A DNA stretch of 64,000 nt from a virus. The position numbers and the translations under genes were made by a program. Below the pieces are notes generated by a model, which was not told where the DNA came from, ran no database searches, and saw only the letters and a list, made by a program, of their open reading frames with translations. This document shows positions 18,507-27,773 of the stretch, piece after piece. Numbering within the stretch: position 1 is the first letter of the stretch; every line of letters starts with the position of its first letter. The DNA lies in the IMG/VR virus record IMGVR_UViG_3300034104_005002, positions 1 to 64,000 of that record; one strand, 5' to 3'.

Positions 18507-19559
18507 TTACTCCAATAACATAACGGTTTTATTTCCGTTATGACTATTTATAATTTCAGACACTTTAACCCCATCAATTTCATCATCGAGTGTATAAATT
18601 TTACCATCAATTTCTACACTATCAATTAATAAAACTTCAGAATCAGAATCAAAACAACCCCCGCGAATTCCATTTTGCGTACAACTTTTTACAGTGGCCT
18701 CAAACTTTTTCAGATAAGGAATAACTCCAGTGTGGACAACCTCACCGCCACGAATTTTACTATTTATTCCTCTAATACGCCCAGCATTAATACCTAGACC
18801 GGCTCGCTGTGCGACATATCTAAAAACCGCAGCATCACTGGCCTCAATGCTAGAAAGACTATCTCCCACGTCAACAAGAACACAACTACTATATTGCCTC
18901 AATCTAGTTCTGACTCCAGCAAGAATTGGTGTAGGAATATTAATTTTATGTTTACTAATTGCATCATAATAACGCTTCACATAAGACATTCTTTTGTCTT
19001 TAGGGTATTTTGCAAAGCCCGTAAGAGCAATTAATAAGTACATAAACTGCGGAGTCTCATAAAGAACGTTATCCACTCGGTCTTGCACAAGATACTTATC
19101 AACTACCTGCCGAAGGCCAGCATAAGTAAACAAAAGATCCCGGTCATGGTCAATAAAAGAATTGACCAAATCTAGTTCTTCTTCAGAATAGTTCTCATAA
19201 ATGGAGGCATCATAAACACCAAGGTCTACACACTTTTTAATGTGCTCACTCAGATGAGGTAGATCAATTCGACCACCATAGATCTTCTTCCGAATTGAAA
19301 ACAGAAGAAGTCTTGCGGCCACGTATTGATAATTAGGATTATCTAGAGAAATAAGATCAGATGCGGCCTTGATCAAGATTTCTTGAATTTCATTGGTTGA
19401 AATACCATCATAAAATTGAATCCCAGATGCCATTTCTACCTGAGATACTGAAACTCCAGAAAGGCCCTCACATGCGCAGGCGACCATCTCATGGAGTTTA
19501 GAAAGTTGCAATGGCTCAATAGTGCCATTGCGTTTTTTGACTTTGATTTCTTCGCTCAT
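18507..19559 (-). CDS. nrdA: NrdA fragment 1 (ATP cone, N-terminal 301 aa) fused to split-intein IntN1
   Basis: VKKRNG ATP cone, DKYLVQDR, YETPQF, PTPILAGVRT, QYSSCVL, QNGIRGG|CF. Confidence 0.93.
   Translation of the reverse strand: MSEEIKVKKRNGTIEPLQLSKLHEMVACACEGLSGVSVSQVEMASGIQFYDGISTNEIQEILIKAASDLISLDNPNYQYVAARLLLFSIRKKIYGGRIDLPHLSEHIKKCVDLGVYDASIYENYSEEELDLVNSFIDHDRDLLFTYAGLRQVVDKYLVQDRVDNVLYETPQFMYLLIALTGFAKYPKDKRMSYVKRYYDAISKHKINIPTPILAGVRTRLRQYSSCVLVDVGDSLSSIEASDAAVFRYVAQRAGLGINAGRIRGINSKIRGGEVVHTGVIPYLKKFEATVKSCTQNGIRGGCFDSDSEVLLIDSVEIDGKIYTLDDEIDGVKVSEIINSHNGNKTVMLLE
18510..18656 (-). mobile_element. Split intein 1, short N-fragment (49 aa)
   Basis: CFDSDSEVLL block A directly after GIRGG; no block B before the stop codon. 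Confidence 0.85.
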
Positions 19560-20517
19560 TTTTCTTCCAATAGTTGAATTTAAGTTGTGCTTCTAGGTCT
19601 TTGTAAATATTTTTGGACAAAACGTCCTCAACATCAATTCCCGCAAGAACTGCATCATTAACGTCTTTTTGTTTTATTGTATCTGGCCATATGACTATTG
19701 AATAACCCTCTTTGATTACCTTTGACATTCTAGAATGTATTTCTTGGTTGCGAGGTTCGTTGTCATAAACATATACCGGGTAATAGATATTTAGACTTTT
19801 TAGATCTAAATCGGCCCCGCACATGGCGACCGAATTTTTAATAAAGTAAGAATCAAAAGGTCCTTCTAGGACATAAACAAATTCTTTTTTATTAACATTA
19901 TCATAATTATAAATCTTCGGAGAATGCTCATCAAACATGATTGTGATGTATTTTACCGAAGAAGAATTAAGGGCTCGGCCTTGTACTCCTATTAATTTCT
20001 TATTATAGTACAAAGGTATTACTATTCTGGGCTCTTCTAAAAGATTTGGCTCATAAGTAATTTCATTGATCCATTGTTTGAAGTTTTCGGTATAATAAAA
20101 CTTATCCGGATCAATTTTTCTTTTTAAGAGATATTGTCTTGCAACATCATTTTTAGATGCAGCCGGAAGCCCAACTCTTTCTCTAAAATTTGGTTTTGAT
20201 ATTTCAAATTTAGGAGCCTCAACAACAAAATTCTTTCCAGTAAAGCCAGCCTTATATTTTTCAATTGTAAACTCTTTATAAAGAGGTGGGTCTATTTCTT
20301 TTAAAAAGTTATTAAGAGAAATACTGATTCCGCAGTTATGGCACTTATAATTCGTGTTATTATCTACCGGATAGAGATATCCTCTGGCCTTTTTTTTAGA
20401 TCTAGAAGAGTCGCCACAATAGGGACATCGAAAATTATAAAGTTTAGGTTTTACTTTCTTGAAGTTTTGTAGTCTAGGTGCAACACGTTCAATAAAGGTT
20501 TCATCAATAAAATCCAA
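19516..20517 (-). CDS. gp61: DNA primase (T4 gp61-like)
   Basis: NFRCPYCGDS, CHNCG, EGPFDS, YDNEPRN and KDVND motifs. Confidence 0.95.
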   Translation of the reverse strand: MDFIDETFIERVAPRLQNFKKVKPKLYNFRCPYCGDSSRSKKKARGYLYPVDNNTNYKCHNCGISISLNNFLKEIDPPLYKEFTIEKYKAGFTGKNFVVEAPKFEISKPNFRERVGLPAASKNDVARQYLLKRKIDPDKFYYTENFKQWINEITYEPNLLEEPRIVIPLYYNKKLIGVQGRALNSSSVKYITIMFDEHSPKIYNYDNVNKKEFVYVLEGPFDSYFIKNSVAMCGADLDLKSLNIYYPVYVYDNEPRNQEIHSRMSKVIKEGYSIVIWPDTIKQKDVNDAVLAGIDVEDVLSKNIYKDLEAQLKFNYWKKNERRNQSQKTQWHY

Positions 20518-20523
20518 TTCACA

Positions 20524-20979
20524 TCACTTCTGGACTGGGGCCATTGTAGCATGAGGAACAGGAGTTGTCAAGTGCTGTGGATGTGCCAGGATCTTAACAA
20601 AGAACCCAGAGTTCTGAATGACAAATCCAAGAAATGTACCGATGCCTAGAACCACAGCGATTTTTAGATTAATTTTATTTTGACCTTTTTCTACATCAGT
20701 TAGACGCTTATCAATATTAGTACTTAGTGTCTTTATTTCAGTAAGAACATTTTTATGATCTTCCTGCATTTGTGTATAGATTGTGTCTATTTTTTCATTA
20801 AGACTCTTTTCGGCTCTTTCTCTAGTGTCAATTTTTTCTTCATGGACCGCAATCATTTTTGTCAGGCTGACATTTACCTGGCTTATTTTTTCGATTGCTT
20901 CATCAACCTTAAGAACAAATTCTTTAAGGTCTTGAACTCGTTGCTCTAGAACAGCAACTTTGATTAAATCTTCTGACAT
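20524..20979 (-). CDS. Coiled-coil protein with a C-terminal transmembrane segment
   Basis: Heptad-rich sequence and hydrophobic IAVVLGIGTFLGFVI. Confidence 0.6.
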   Translation of the reverse strand: MSEDLIKVAVLEQRVQDLKEFVLKVDEAIEKISQVNVSLTKMIAVHEEKIDTRERAEKSLNEKIDTIYTQMQEDHKNVLTEIKTLSTNIDKRLTDVEKGQNKINLKIAVVLGIGTFLGFVIQNSGFFVKILAHPQHLTTPVPHATMAPVQK

Positions 20980-21034
20980 GGGCTTTAAGTGAGAATGGTT
21001 GTATTTTCACCTAAAACATTAAGATTATAACTAT

Positions 21035-21262
21035 TTATGCAAGTCCTAATGACTGGAGAAGCATCTTATACTTCTTAATAAACGGATTTCTCTTGTCTAA
21101 TTTGCCACTTTTATTTCTTCTTAGACCAAACATTGGCTGTGAATATCCCGCAGTCGGTCCTTCTTTAGGTGAATTTTCCCCGAAACCACCAGACTGACCA
21201 GGGGCATTTGCCACTGTCATTTCCTCTCTTACCATCTGAATGATTTCGTCAATTTTTTTCAT
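21035..21262 (-). CDS. Hypothetical protein
   Basis: Likely start MKKIDEII within ORF-track call 21035..21307. Confidence 0.55.
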   Translation of the reverse strand: MKKIDEIIQMVREEMTVANAPGQSGGFGENSPKEGPTAGYSQPMFGLRRNKSGKLDKRNPFIKKYKMLLQSLGLA

Positions 21263-21635
21263 TTGAGAGATCCTTGAGTTTCTGCATACAATATTCATCC
21301 ATCTCAATCTGATGAATATAACAAATAGGATATTCGGGAAGACGATTCAAAAAAACAATAAAAGTTTTAATTAAACTCCAAAGCTCTTGGGGCATTTTAA
21401 AGAAGAGCATTGGGGTTGCTGCATCACCAAAAATATTATAGATAATAATCAAATGCTTTAATAAAAGATTAATTTTTAATTCCCCACAAGTGACATATTT
21501 GTTTAGATGTCTTTTGACATATCTAAAATGAGTCAGATCTTTATAAAAATCCTTTTCGGTTAGCCCTTGTGGGTTATTATAATTTTTTATTGCAAAGAGA
21601 AGAAAATTATCTTCGTTCAGTTCATCAAAAAACAT
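21249..21635 (-). CDS. Conserved T4-like phage hypothetical protein (MFFDELNEDNFLLFAIKNY...)
   Basis: Recognisable cyanomyovirus-type conserved ORF. Confidence 0.7.
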   Translation of the reverse strand: MFFDELNEDNFLLFAIKNYNNPQGLTEKDFYKDLTHFRYVKRHLNKYVTCGELKINLLLKHLIIIYNIFGDAATPMLFFKMPQELWSLIKTFIVFLNRLPEYPICYIHQIEMDEYCMQKLKDLSNEKN

Positions 21636-21645
21636 ATTAAATTAT

Positions 21646-22170
21646 TCAGGCGGGAGGATAAACAGGTACATTACCCGTTTCAATTCCAGACATTGCAACC
21701 AGAGTTTCGGTCTTTACCCTGAGTTGACCATCACACATATAAGTAGTAACACCAACCCAACCAGCATGAGTCAGATCATATCGGGTATTTTCAGCGGCAT
21801 TTGCTCCTTGCTGAGCAACACCATAAACAAGAGCATCATAAGTAGTATTAATACCAGTCCTCTTAGTATAGTGGGGATCGTGAATAGTGTATTTTGGTAG
21901 TTGGCTTACTTCAAATGCCGTACTTGCAATACCCACCCCACTTAGACCAGAAGTACTTGCGATGGATAGTTGAGTAGTGCTTGCAATACCAACAATTACA
22001 GCATCACCAAAATAGGTTCCAGAGCGACTACCGAAGCGAATCACATCTCCAGTAGACGCGGCTCCTGTTCGTCCAAAAGTAGTTCCGGTTCCTGTGACAA
22101 CTAGAGTTGAATAATTAAGTGATACTAGACCACCAGAACCAACATTGTCTTTTACGCCCCAAAGAGACAT
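21646..22170 (-). CDS. Putative virion structural protein
   Basis: MSLWG start, Gly/Thr-rich, HAGWVG..RVKTETLVAM; late promoter at about 22203. Confidence 0.65.
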   Translation of the reverse strand: MSLWGVKDNVGSGGLVSLNYSTLVVTGTGTTFGRTGAASTGDVIRFGSRSGTYFGDAVIVGIASTTQLSIASTSGLSGVGIASTAFEVSQLPKYTIHDPHYTKRTGINTTYDALVYGVAQQGANAAENTRYDLTHAGWVGVTTYMCDGQLRVKTETLVAMSGIETGNVPVYPPA

Positions 22171-22353
22171 GGTTATCTTTCCTAATTTAACTTTATGATA
22201 CTATTTAGTAATTTTATTCATCAGCAACAAAATCTATAAAAATCCACAAAAATGGTGTAATTAAAAGTGCAAACAAAATTGTCGGTAGTGGGACAATTCC
22301 TGTTAGCCAAATAAGACCAGGAGGAAGTCCCACCAGCAACGACAATGTTCTCA

Positions 22354-22530
22354 TCAACCTAGAAGTTTTGTACGAACAAGATCCACTACCATATTGTCAA
22401 TATCGGTATCAGTAGACTTTGCATAACGCTCTAGAAGATGTACAACAAATTCCTTGACCTCACGGGATTGCCAGAAAAAATCAACTACTTTTTCTGCAGC
22501 AACAAGAATTAGATTCCAGCTAAATGACAT
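22354..22530 (-). CDS. Small hypothetical protein (..LLERYAKSTDTDIDNMVV..)
   Basis: Translated by hand; 58 aa, AAGGA RBS and late promoter upstream. Confidence 0.6.
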   Translation of the reverse strand: MSFSWNLILVAAEKVVDFFWQSREVKEFVVHLLERYAKSTDTDIDNMVVDLVRTKLLG

Positions 22531-22568
22531 TGTTTTATCCTTTAATGGGGGACATAACTATTTAGAAA

Positions 22569-23888
22569 TTAGCTGTTTTGTCTAACAAATTGAATAACTT
22601 TCTCTGCAAGCTCTTTCTTTTCGGGAACATCCTCATGTTGAGTTGCGGCATATTTGCGAATTTCTGCCTCGCTCATGGTATTCACAATTTTTAGAACTTC
22701 TGGACTCACTTTATCTCTTGAGGTTTCACCCCTTTTTACAGAAAGAGCCAACCCAAAGAGTTTTTGTTGTTGTTCAGAAACCGCTTTTTCTTGAAGTTTA
22801 TACTCTTCATACAGTTCGTCCCAGGTGTATTCGGAAAGATCATAACCTTCTCCTAGAAGGCTGTCTACCCATTCTCTAAATTGAGCAGTTCCTTTTTTAA
22901 AGAAACTCCCGAGAGCAGCCCCAGCTCCACCACCAAGTTGTTGGGCAAGAGAACCACCTTTCTTTTTAATTTCCATTGCTCTTTGATGACCTTTGGCAGC
23001 AGAAAGGGCTCCTCTGGAAACAGTATCAAGAGCACCTCTCACTGTAGTCCTAATATTTTCAGGAGAACCTGCCGATTGTGCAATACTTTTAGCACCTTTA
23101 ATAATTCGTTCTTGACCAGGGGGGCGAGAAGATTTGGGCGCTGGCGTTGCTGCTTTTGAAGAAACAGTTGTTGGTTTTTTAGAGGCGGCTTTTTTAGCGG
23201 CTGCTGCCTTTTCTCTAGAATCGATTTCGGCCTTAATTTGCTCTACTGTTTTTTTTGGTTTTGCCCTTTTGGCTGTTCTTTCTTCATCAAGAAGTGTCTC
23301 ATAACCAAGTTGCATAACCCACTCACTAAATTCTTCAACCCCAAGTTCATCAATAAGATCCTCAACATCCTCAACAGAAAGACCTTCTTCACAAAGATAT
23401 TCGGTTGCAATGTCAATGGATTCTTCAATAAAATCTTCATTGAGTTCTTCAGAATCAATCAGAACTGATTCAGTTTTCATTTCAGGATTTATGGTAACCA
23501 CAGGGGTTTTACCTGAATAATTATCAACTTTCTTTTCTTTTACAATCTTATTGTCCGAAACGTCATTGATTTCATGAAGAAGAGATTCTTCTACAGTGTC
23601 TCTCCAGCTATAAAAAATATTTTCAGCTACTGGTGGTTTAATATTCTTATTTATTTGCCTAGTTCTTACGGCTCTTCGTTTTAGAAGATATCTATCAGTT
23701 TTATCAGTATCACCATCATTATCAATGTCACTATCTTCTTGCCCAACTGGATCTAGTTTATTTTTTTTATATTCAGTAACCTGTTGCATTTTTTCTTCTA
23801 GAACTCTTTGTTGAGGATCATTGTCACGAACCTGCTCAACATAAAGCTCTTTCATCTTGGCAAGAGCACCTACAATTCTTTCAGACAT
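22569..23888 (-). CDS. Late acidic/basic mosaic protein; possible internal head protein
   Basis: DSDIDNDGD, YLCEEG and LLGEGYD motifs, KAVSEQQQKLFGLAL domain; CTAAATA upstream. Confidence 0.65.
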   Translation of the reverse strand: MSERIVGALAKMKELYVEQVRDNDPQQRVLEEKMQQVTEYKKNKLDPVGQEDSDIDNDGDTDKTDRYLLKRRAVRTRQINKNIKPPVAENIFYSWRDTVEESLLHEINDVSDNKIVKEKKVDNYSGKTPVVTINPEMKTESVLIDSEELNEDFIEESIDIATEYLCEEGLSVEDVEDLIDELGVEEFSEWVMQLGYETLLDEERTAKRAKPKKTVEQIKAEIDSREKAAAAKKAASKKPTTVSSKAATPAPKSSRPPGQERIIKGAKSIAQSAGSPENIRTTVRGALDTVSRGALSAAKGHQRAMEIKKKGGSLAQQLGGGAGAALGSFFKKGTAQFREWVDSLLGEGYDLSEYTWDELYEEYKLQEKAVSEQQQKLFGLALSVKRGETSRDKVSPEVLKIVNTMSEAEIRKYAATQHEDVPEKKELAEKVIQFVRQNS

Positions 23889-23911
23889 AAGAAATTATTT
23901 GCGATTTATTA

Positions 23912-25120
23912 CTATTTAGAACTTTTTCTCTTCTTAATGAAATTTTGAATTACTTTCATTCCAGTCATCTTCATAGCATATTCCCTGTAAGCGTCAGTAC
24001 CCACCTCTCTCTGTTCGGCAGGAACACCAGAAACATCGGTCCATTCTTTAATATCCTCGATCCAAGACTTAAACATAATATTCAAATCCTCATTTACACA
24101 AATGACGTAGTTAGGACCTCTTCTTATAATTTTACCAGTTAGCCCAGTATTGAGATTTTCAATAAGGTCCCCGGTTTTATAAATGTTTTCTTTATAATAT
24201 TCTTCTTTAAGAATCTCATAATTTGAAGATGGATCTATTTTCCAGGATTCCTTTTTCTCACCTGAAAGAGCCCTCTGAACAGCAAAAAATAGGGCCTGCT
24301 GTTGCTTTGCATTTAATGTTTTTGGGAGACCTCTTTGGAATGCAAAGAAATCATCTTCTAGGGCTGCCTTTCTGAGTCTTGCAGAAGAAGATGGATTAGG
24401 GCTATTTTCTAGATCTGGATCCTCACTAGGAAGGGCAATTACATTAATATCTGCAAGATTATAAATTTCTCCATTGTATTGATTTGCTAGACGATCAAAT
24501 TCCGATCTTCTCTTTGCACCGGTTACAAGATTAACAGTTTCATAGCCTTCTTCATCGGCCAATTTAAGAACATCAAAAATTGTTTTCATATCATCATCAT
24601 TGATGATATTATCAGCAAATTTTGGAAAGGCCTTTCTCATATAATAAATCTTATCAGAAGGACTTAAAGGGTTGGAAGGATCTCCATATGACCTTGAAGG
24701 ATAGATCTTTAGATCACCCGATTGGGCTATTTCTTTAGCCTTCTTTAATAGCCTTTCATGACCAATTGTTGGTGGATTAAATCTCCCAAAAACAACTGTG
24801 AGAACTTCTTGAGTTTCTGGTTCTGGGGCCTTTTCTTGTTCTTTTGGTGGCGAGACTTGTCTTTCGGGTGGTTGCCTTTTTGTGAGAGGTGTGGCGGTTC
24901 TTGCGGAAGGTTTCATTGATGCAGAAGGTGGGGCGGCCTTTTCGGCTGCTGGGGATTTTCCTTTTATAAAAACCAATTGACCACCTTCGGTTTTTGCAAC
25001 CTTACGACCGGATCTATCTACCCAATATCCGTGACCGTCAGATGCAAGACCTAGATTTAGGGCCTTTTCTGAGGCTTGGGAACCTCTGGCCTCATATAGA
25101 AATTCAAAGTACTTTTTCAT
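23912..25120 (-). CDS. Cytidyltransferase-like nucleotidyltransferase
   Basis: FGRFNPPTIGH (HIGH-like) and SSSARLR motifs. Confidence 0.85.
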   Translation of the reverse strand: MKKYFEFLYEARGSQASEKALNLGLASDGHGYWVDRSGRKVAKTEGGQLVFIKGKSPAAEKAAPPSASMKPSARTATPLTKRQPPERQVSPPKEQEKAPEPETQEVLTVVFGRFNPPTIGHERLLKKAKEIAQSGDLKIYPSRSYGDPSNPLSPSDKIYYMRKAFPKFADNIINDDDMKTIFDVLKLADEEGYETVNLVTGAKRRSEFDRLANQYNGEIYNLADINVIALPSEDPDLENSPNPSSSARLRKAALEDDFFAFQRGLPKTLNAKQQQALFFAVQRALSGEKKESWKIDPSSNYEILKEEYYKENIYKTGDLIENLNTGLTGKIIRRGPNYVICVNEDLNIMFKSWIEDIKEWTDVSGVPAEQREVGTDAYREYAMKMTGMKVIQNFIKKRKSSK

Positions 25121-25122
25121 AA

Positions 25123-25737
25123 TTATCCACGTTGCCTAGGGAATCTGGCTCCAGTTCTAGATTGACCAAGATTCGGTAGTGCGGAGGTTGCTCCACCTGC
25201 TGACATGCTTGTATATTTACCTGTTCTTCTCACACCGGTAGATTGTCTAGATGCAAATCCGGCTCTATCTACTTCTGGTGAAGTATTTGTTTGCCTAGAT
25301 ACTTCTCTCTCTGCTGCAGCAGCAAACCGAGGATCATTAAGTCTTGATCCTGTCATGGGACGATCAGTTCTAGATGCGGCGGTTCTGGTTGTTGCAATAT
25401 CACTAGTTTGGGCTCTTTCTCCTCTTGGACCAGTTGGAGTTTTTTGGGAACTTTTACTTCCACTTCTTTGAGCCAATTCTGTAGCAACAGGTCCCTTTAG
25501 TCCGGTTATTTTTTTTCTAAGATGACTTACTTTTTTTGGATTAAAGGTGGGGGATGCTGCTCTTCGCATTTCAGCATCCATCTCTTTTCTTGCCTTGGCA
25601 GTTGCATTAATAGCAGATATTTGAGCCTCAATAAGATACTCATAAAAACTATCACTTACTGATTCTAGAATCTTTACGGCCTCTAATTCACTGTTACAAT
25701 ATCTTTCTTCGATAAGAAAGTCTACTAGTTCTTGCAT
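25123..25737 (-). CDS. Late hypothetical protein (acidic N-domain, basic low-complexity tail)
   Basis: FLIEERYC motif related to paralogs; CTAAATA at 25758-25764. Confidence 0.6.
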   Translation of the reverse strand: MQELVDFLIEERYCNSELEAVKILESVSDSFYEYLIEAQISAINATAKARKEMDAEMRRAASPTFNPKKVSHLRKKITGLKGPVATELAQRSGSKSSQKTPTGPRGERAQTSDIATTRTAASRTDRPMTGSRLNDPRFAAAAEREVSRQTNTSPEVDRAGFASRQSTGVRRTGKYTSMSAGGATSALPNLGQSRTGARFPRQRG

Positions 25738-25983
25738 TTTACTACAATTGTTTTAGTTATTTAGTAACAAAAAAGCGCCTAGATGGCGCTTAAAATTGAT
25801 AGACTATTTACCTTTTAGAGTCATAATTAATCATACTCTACACCATAAAGAATTTCATTTTTAGCATAATAACCAAGTTTTTTTTGGATATTATAAATTT
25901 CATGGTGTAATTCTTTTTGTCTTTCGTTTACTTTTTCTAACTCACTTCTAAGAGATTTAAGAGTGTTTTTTAATTCAACCATT

Positions 25984-26397
25984 TCAAATATCTCCTTCTC
26001 GTCGGTTTTCGGAGCGTTCGACAGTAAAATGGCCTTCTGGATATCGTGCGGAAAGTTTATCGAAATTTATCTGCATAATATCCTCAAAATCTACACCCAT
26101 TGCAATGCAAAACTGAGCAAAATACCAGTGGCAGTCAGAAATTTCTTTTAAACAATGGATTTGAGCCTCTTTATCGAATTTTTTACCTTGTAAGAGACAT
26201 TTTTTAATAATTTCAACCGCTTCTCCTAGTTCAGCAGATGCTCCTAAAGCAAATGTAAGTAGATGAGTCAGCTTAACACCCTCACCATCAAGTTCACGAA
26301 TTCGATCAATAAGAACATCAACATCCGAACTTGCAGGACTCGTTGTTTTCTTTACAAACTCAATATATTCTGTGCTGTTAATTTTTTGGTTAGTCAT
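25984..26397 (-). CDS. mazG: MazG-family NTP pyrophosphohydrolase
   Basis: AELGEAVEIIKK, KEISD..WY, NFDKLSARYPEG. Confidence 0.9.
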   Translation of the reverse strand: MTNQKINSTEYIEFVKKTTSPASSDVDVLIDRIRELDGEGVKLTHLLTFALGASAELGEAVEIIKKCLLQGKKFDKEAQIHCLKEISDCHWYFAQFCIAMGVDFEDIMQINFDKLSARYPEGHFTVERSENRREGDI

Positions 26398-26402
26398 AAT
26401 AA

Positions 26403-27773
26403 TTAATCAAAGTTAATAGTTTTAAATTTGGATTTTAAATCTGGTGAATCATTATTTGATATTCTATTTTCAATCAGTTCCTCTTGGGCCGACTGATCCA
26501 CATCATACACCCTCATCTTGGATCTGTCAACCCCCACCACAAATTTACGATACCGATCCAAAGGAGCATAACGATTTTTTAATTGTTTGACAAGAAGTTG
26601 ATTCATCTGTTCTAGTTCTTCTGTTGAAATAAGAGCCAACAATAAATCAGCAGTAAATGCAATACCATAAGAATCTGATACATTTTCCATGGAAGAATCG
26701 CTTGTGGAGCTACCTTCACGATTAAATTGTGCCGCCGAGACTGTTGGTATATTATATTCCACGCCCAATCCCCTCAATTCTTCTGCAATAGATTTTACAT
26801 AAGTGTAAGAATTGGAAGTGCTTGTTTTATATTTAGATGAAGAACAGAGATTTAAATAATCAATTACAATTGCATCAGGAATAAAATTCTTTTTCATTTC
26901 AAGTTCTTTCAATAATACTTTAAAATGATTTGCACTTGCAGTTCCGGGTGGATACTCCTTAATGATAAGTTTACCTTGAGTCTTTTTACTCAATTGAGTT
27001 GTCTTACTTAAAAACTGCTCTTTTGATAATTTTGAAATATCTTGAACCGGTACATCAAGAAGATTGGCATCAATTCGTTCTGCAATTCTCTCCTCGGCCA
27101 TTTCAAGAGTGATGTATAAGACATTCTTTCCTTGAAGAAGAGTTGCCGCTGAAAAATGGCAAAGAAAAAGACTTTTACCAACACCAGGCGGTGCCACAAA
27201 AAGATTTAAAGTTTTGGGTGATAAACCACCATCTGTAATTCTGTTAAGATAATCAACATCAAAAGGAATTTTAAGATCTTTTTTATGATAAAACTCATAA
27301 CGAGCCTCAACGTCTTCGATATAGTCATGCCCAATTGATATATCAAATGAAACAGAAAGTGCCTCTTGTAAGATAGAAGGAATAGCATCTCGATTTCTTT
27401 TCGAGTCACCGCCATCCGCAATATGGATAGATTCCATAAGGGCCAGATAAATCGCCCGATCTTTACACCACTTTTCGGTGGTCGCAAAAAGCCATTCACT
27501 TTCTACTGGATTGTAATCAAGCCCAGAAGTAATCTCCATACAATCCTTAAAGGACTGTTCAGTTAAATCAGTCCTGTTCTCAATTTCAATCTCAATTGCT
27601 TCTTTGGTTGGTAGTTGATTATAAGAAGAAAAGAATTCTTGAATTTCTTCAAAAATCACTTTTTCTGAATAATTCTGAAAATATTCAGATTTTAGGTAAG
27701 GTAGAATTTTTCGTACAAATTCTTCATTATATATTAAGTTTTTTAAAATCAGTAGTTCGACTTTATCCATCAT
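26403..27773 (-). CDS. gp41: Replicative DNA helicase (T4 gp41-like)
   Basis: APPGVGKS Walker A, YITLEMAEERIAERIDAN, IDYLN, KQLKNRY. Confidence 0.96.
   Translation of the reverse strand: MMDKVELLILKNLIYNEEFVRKILPYLKSEYFQNYSEKVIFEEIQEFFSSYNQLPTKEAIEIEIENRTDLTEQSFKDCMEITSGLDYNPVESEWLFATTEKWCKDRAIYLALMESIHIADGGDSKRNRDAIPSILQEALSVSFDISIGHDYIEDVEARYEFYHKKDLKIPFDVDYLNRITDGGLSPKTLNLFVAPPGVGKSLFLCHFSAATLLQGKNVLYITLEMAEERIAERIDANLLDVPVQDISKLSKEQFLSKTTQLSKKTQGKLIIKEYPPGTASANHFKVLLKELEMKKNFIPDAIVIDYLNLCSSSKYKTSTSNSYTYVKSIAEELRGLGVEYNIPTVSAAQFNREGSSTSDSSMENVSDSYGIAFTADLLLALISTEELEQMNQLLVKQLKNRYAPLDRYRKFVVGVDRSKMRVYDVDQSAQEELIENRISNNDSPDLKSKFKTINFD

Noticed and set aside
14173-19559. Group I intron or pseudogene explanation for the fragmented nrdA
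   Set aside because: Each break is bounded by protein-level intein motifs (Cys1, TxxH, HN|Ser) in frame with NrdA, the gaps are filled by endonuclease ORFs with almost no non-coding space for a ribozyme, and all catalytic residues are intact
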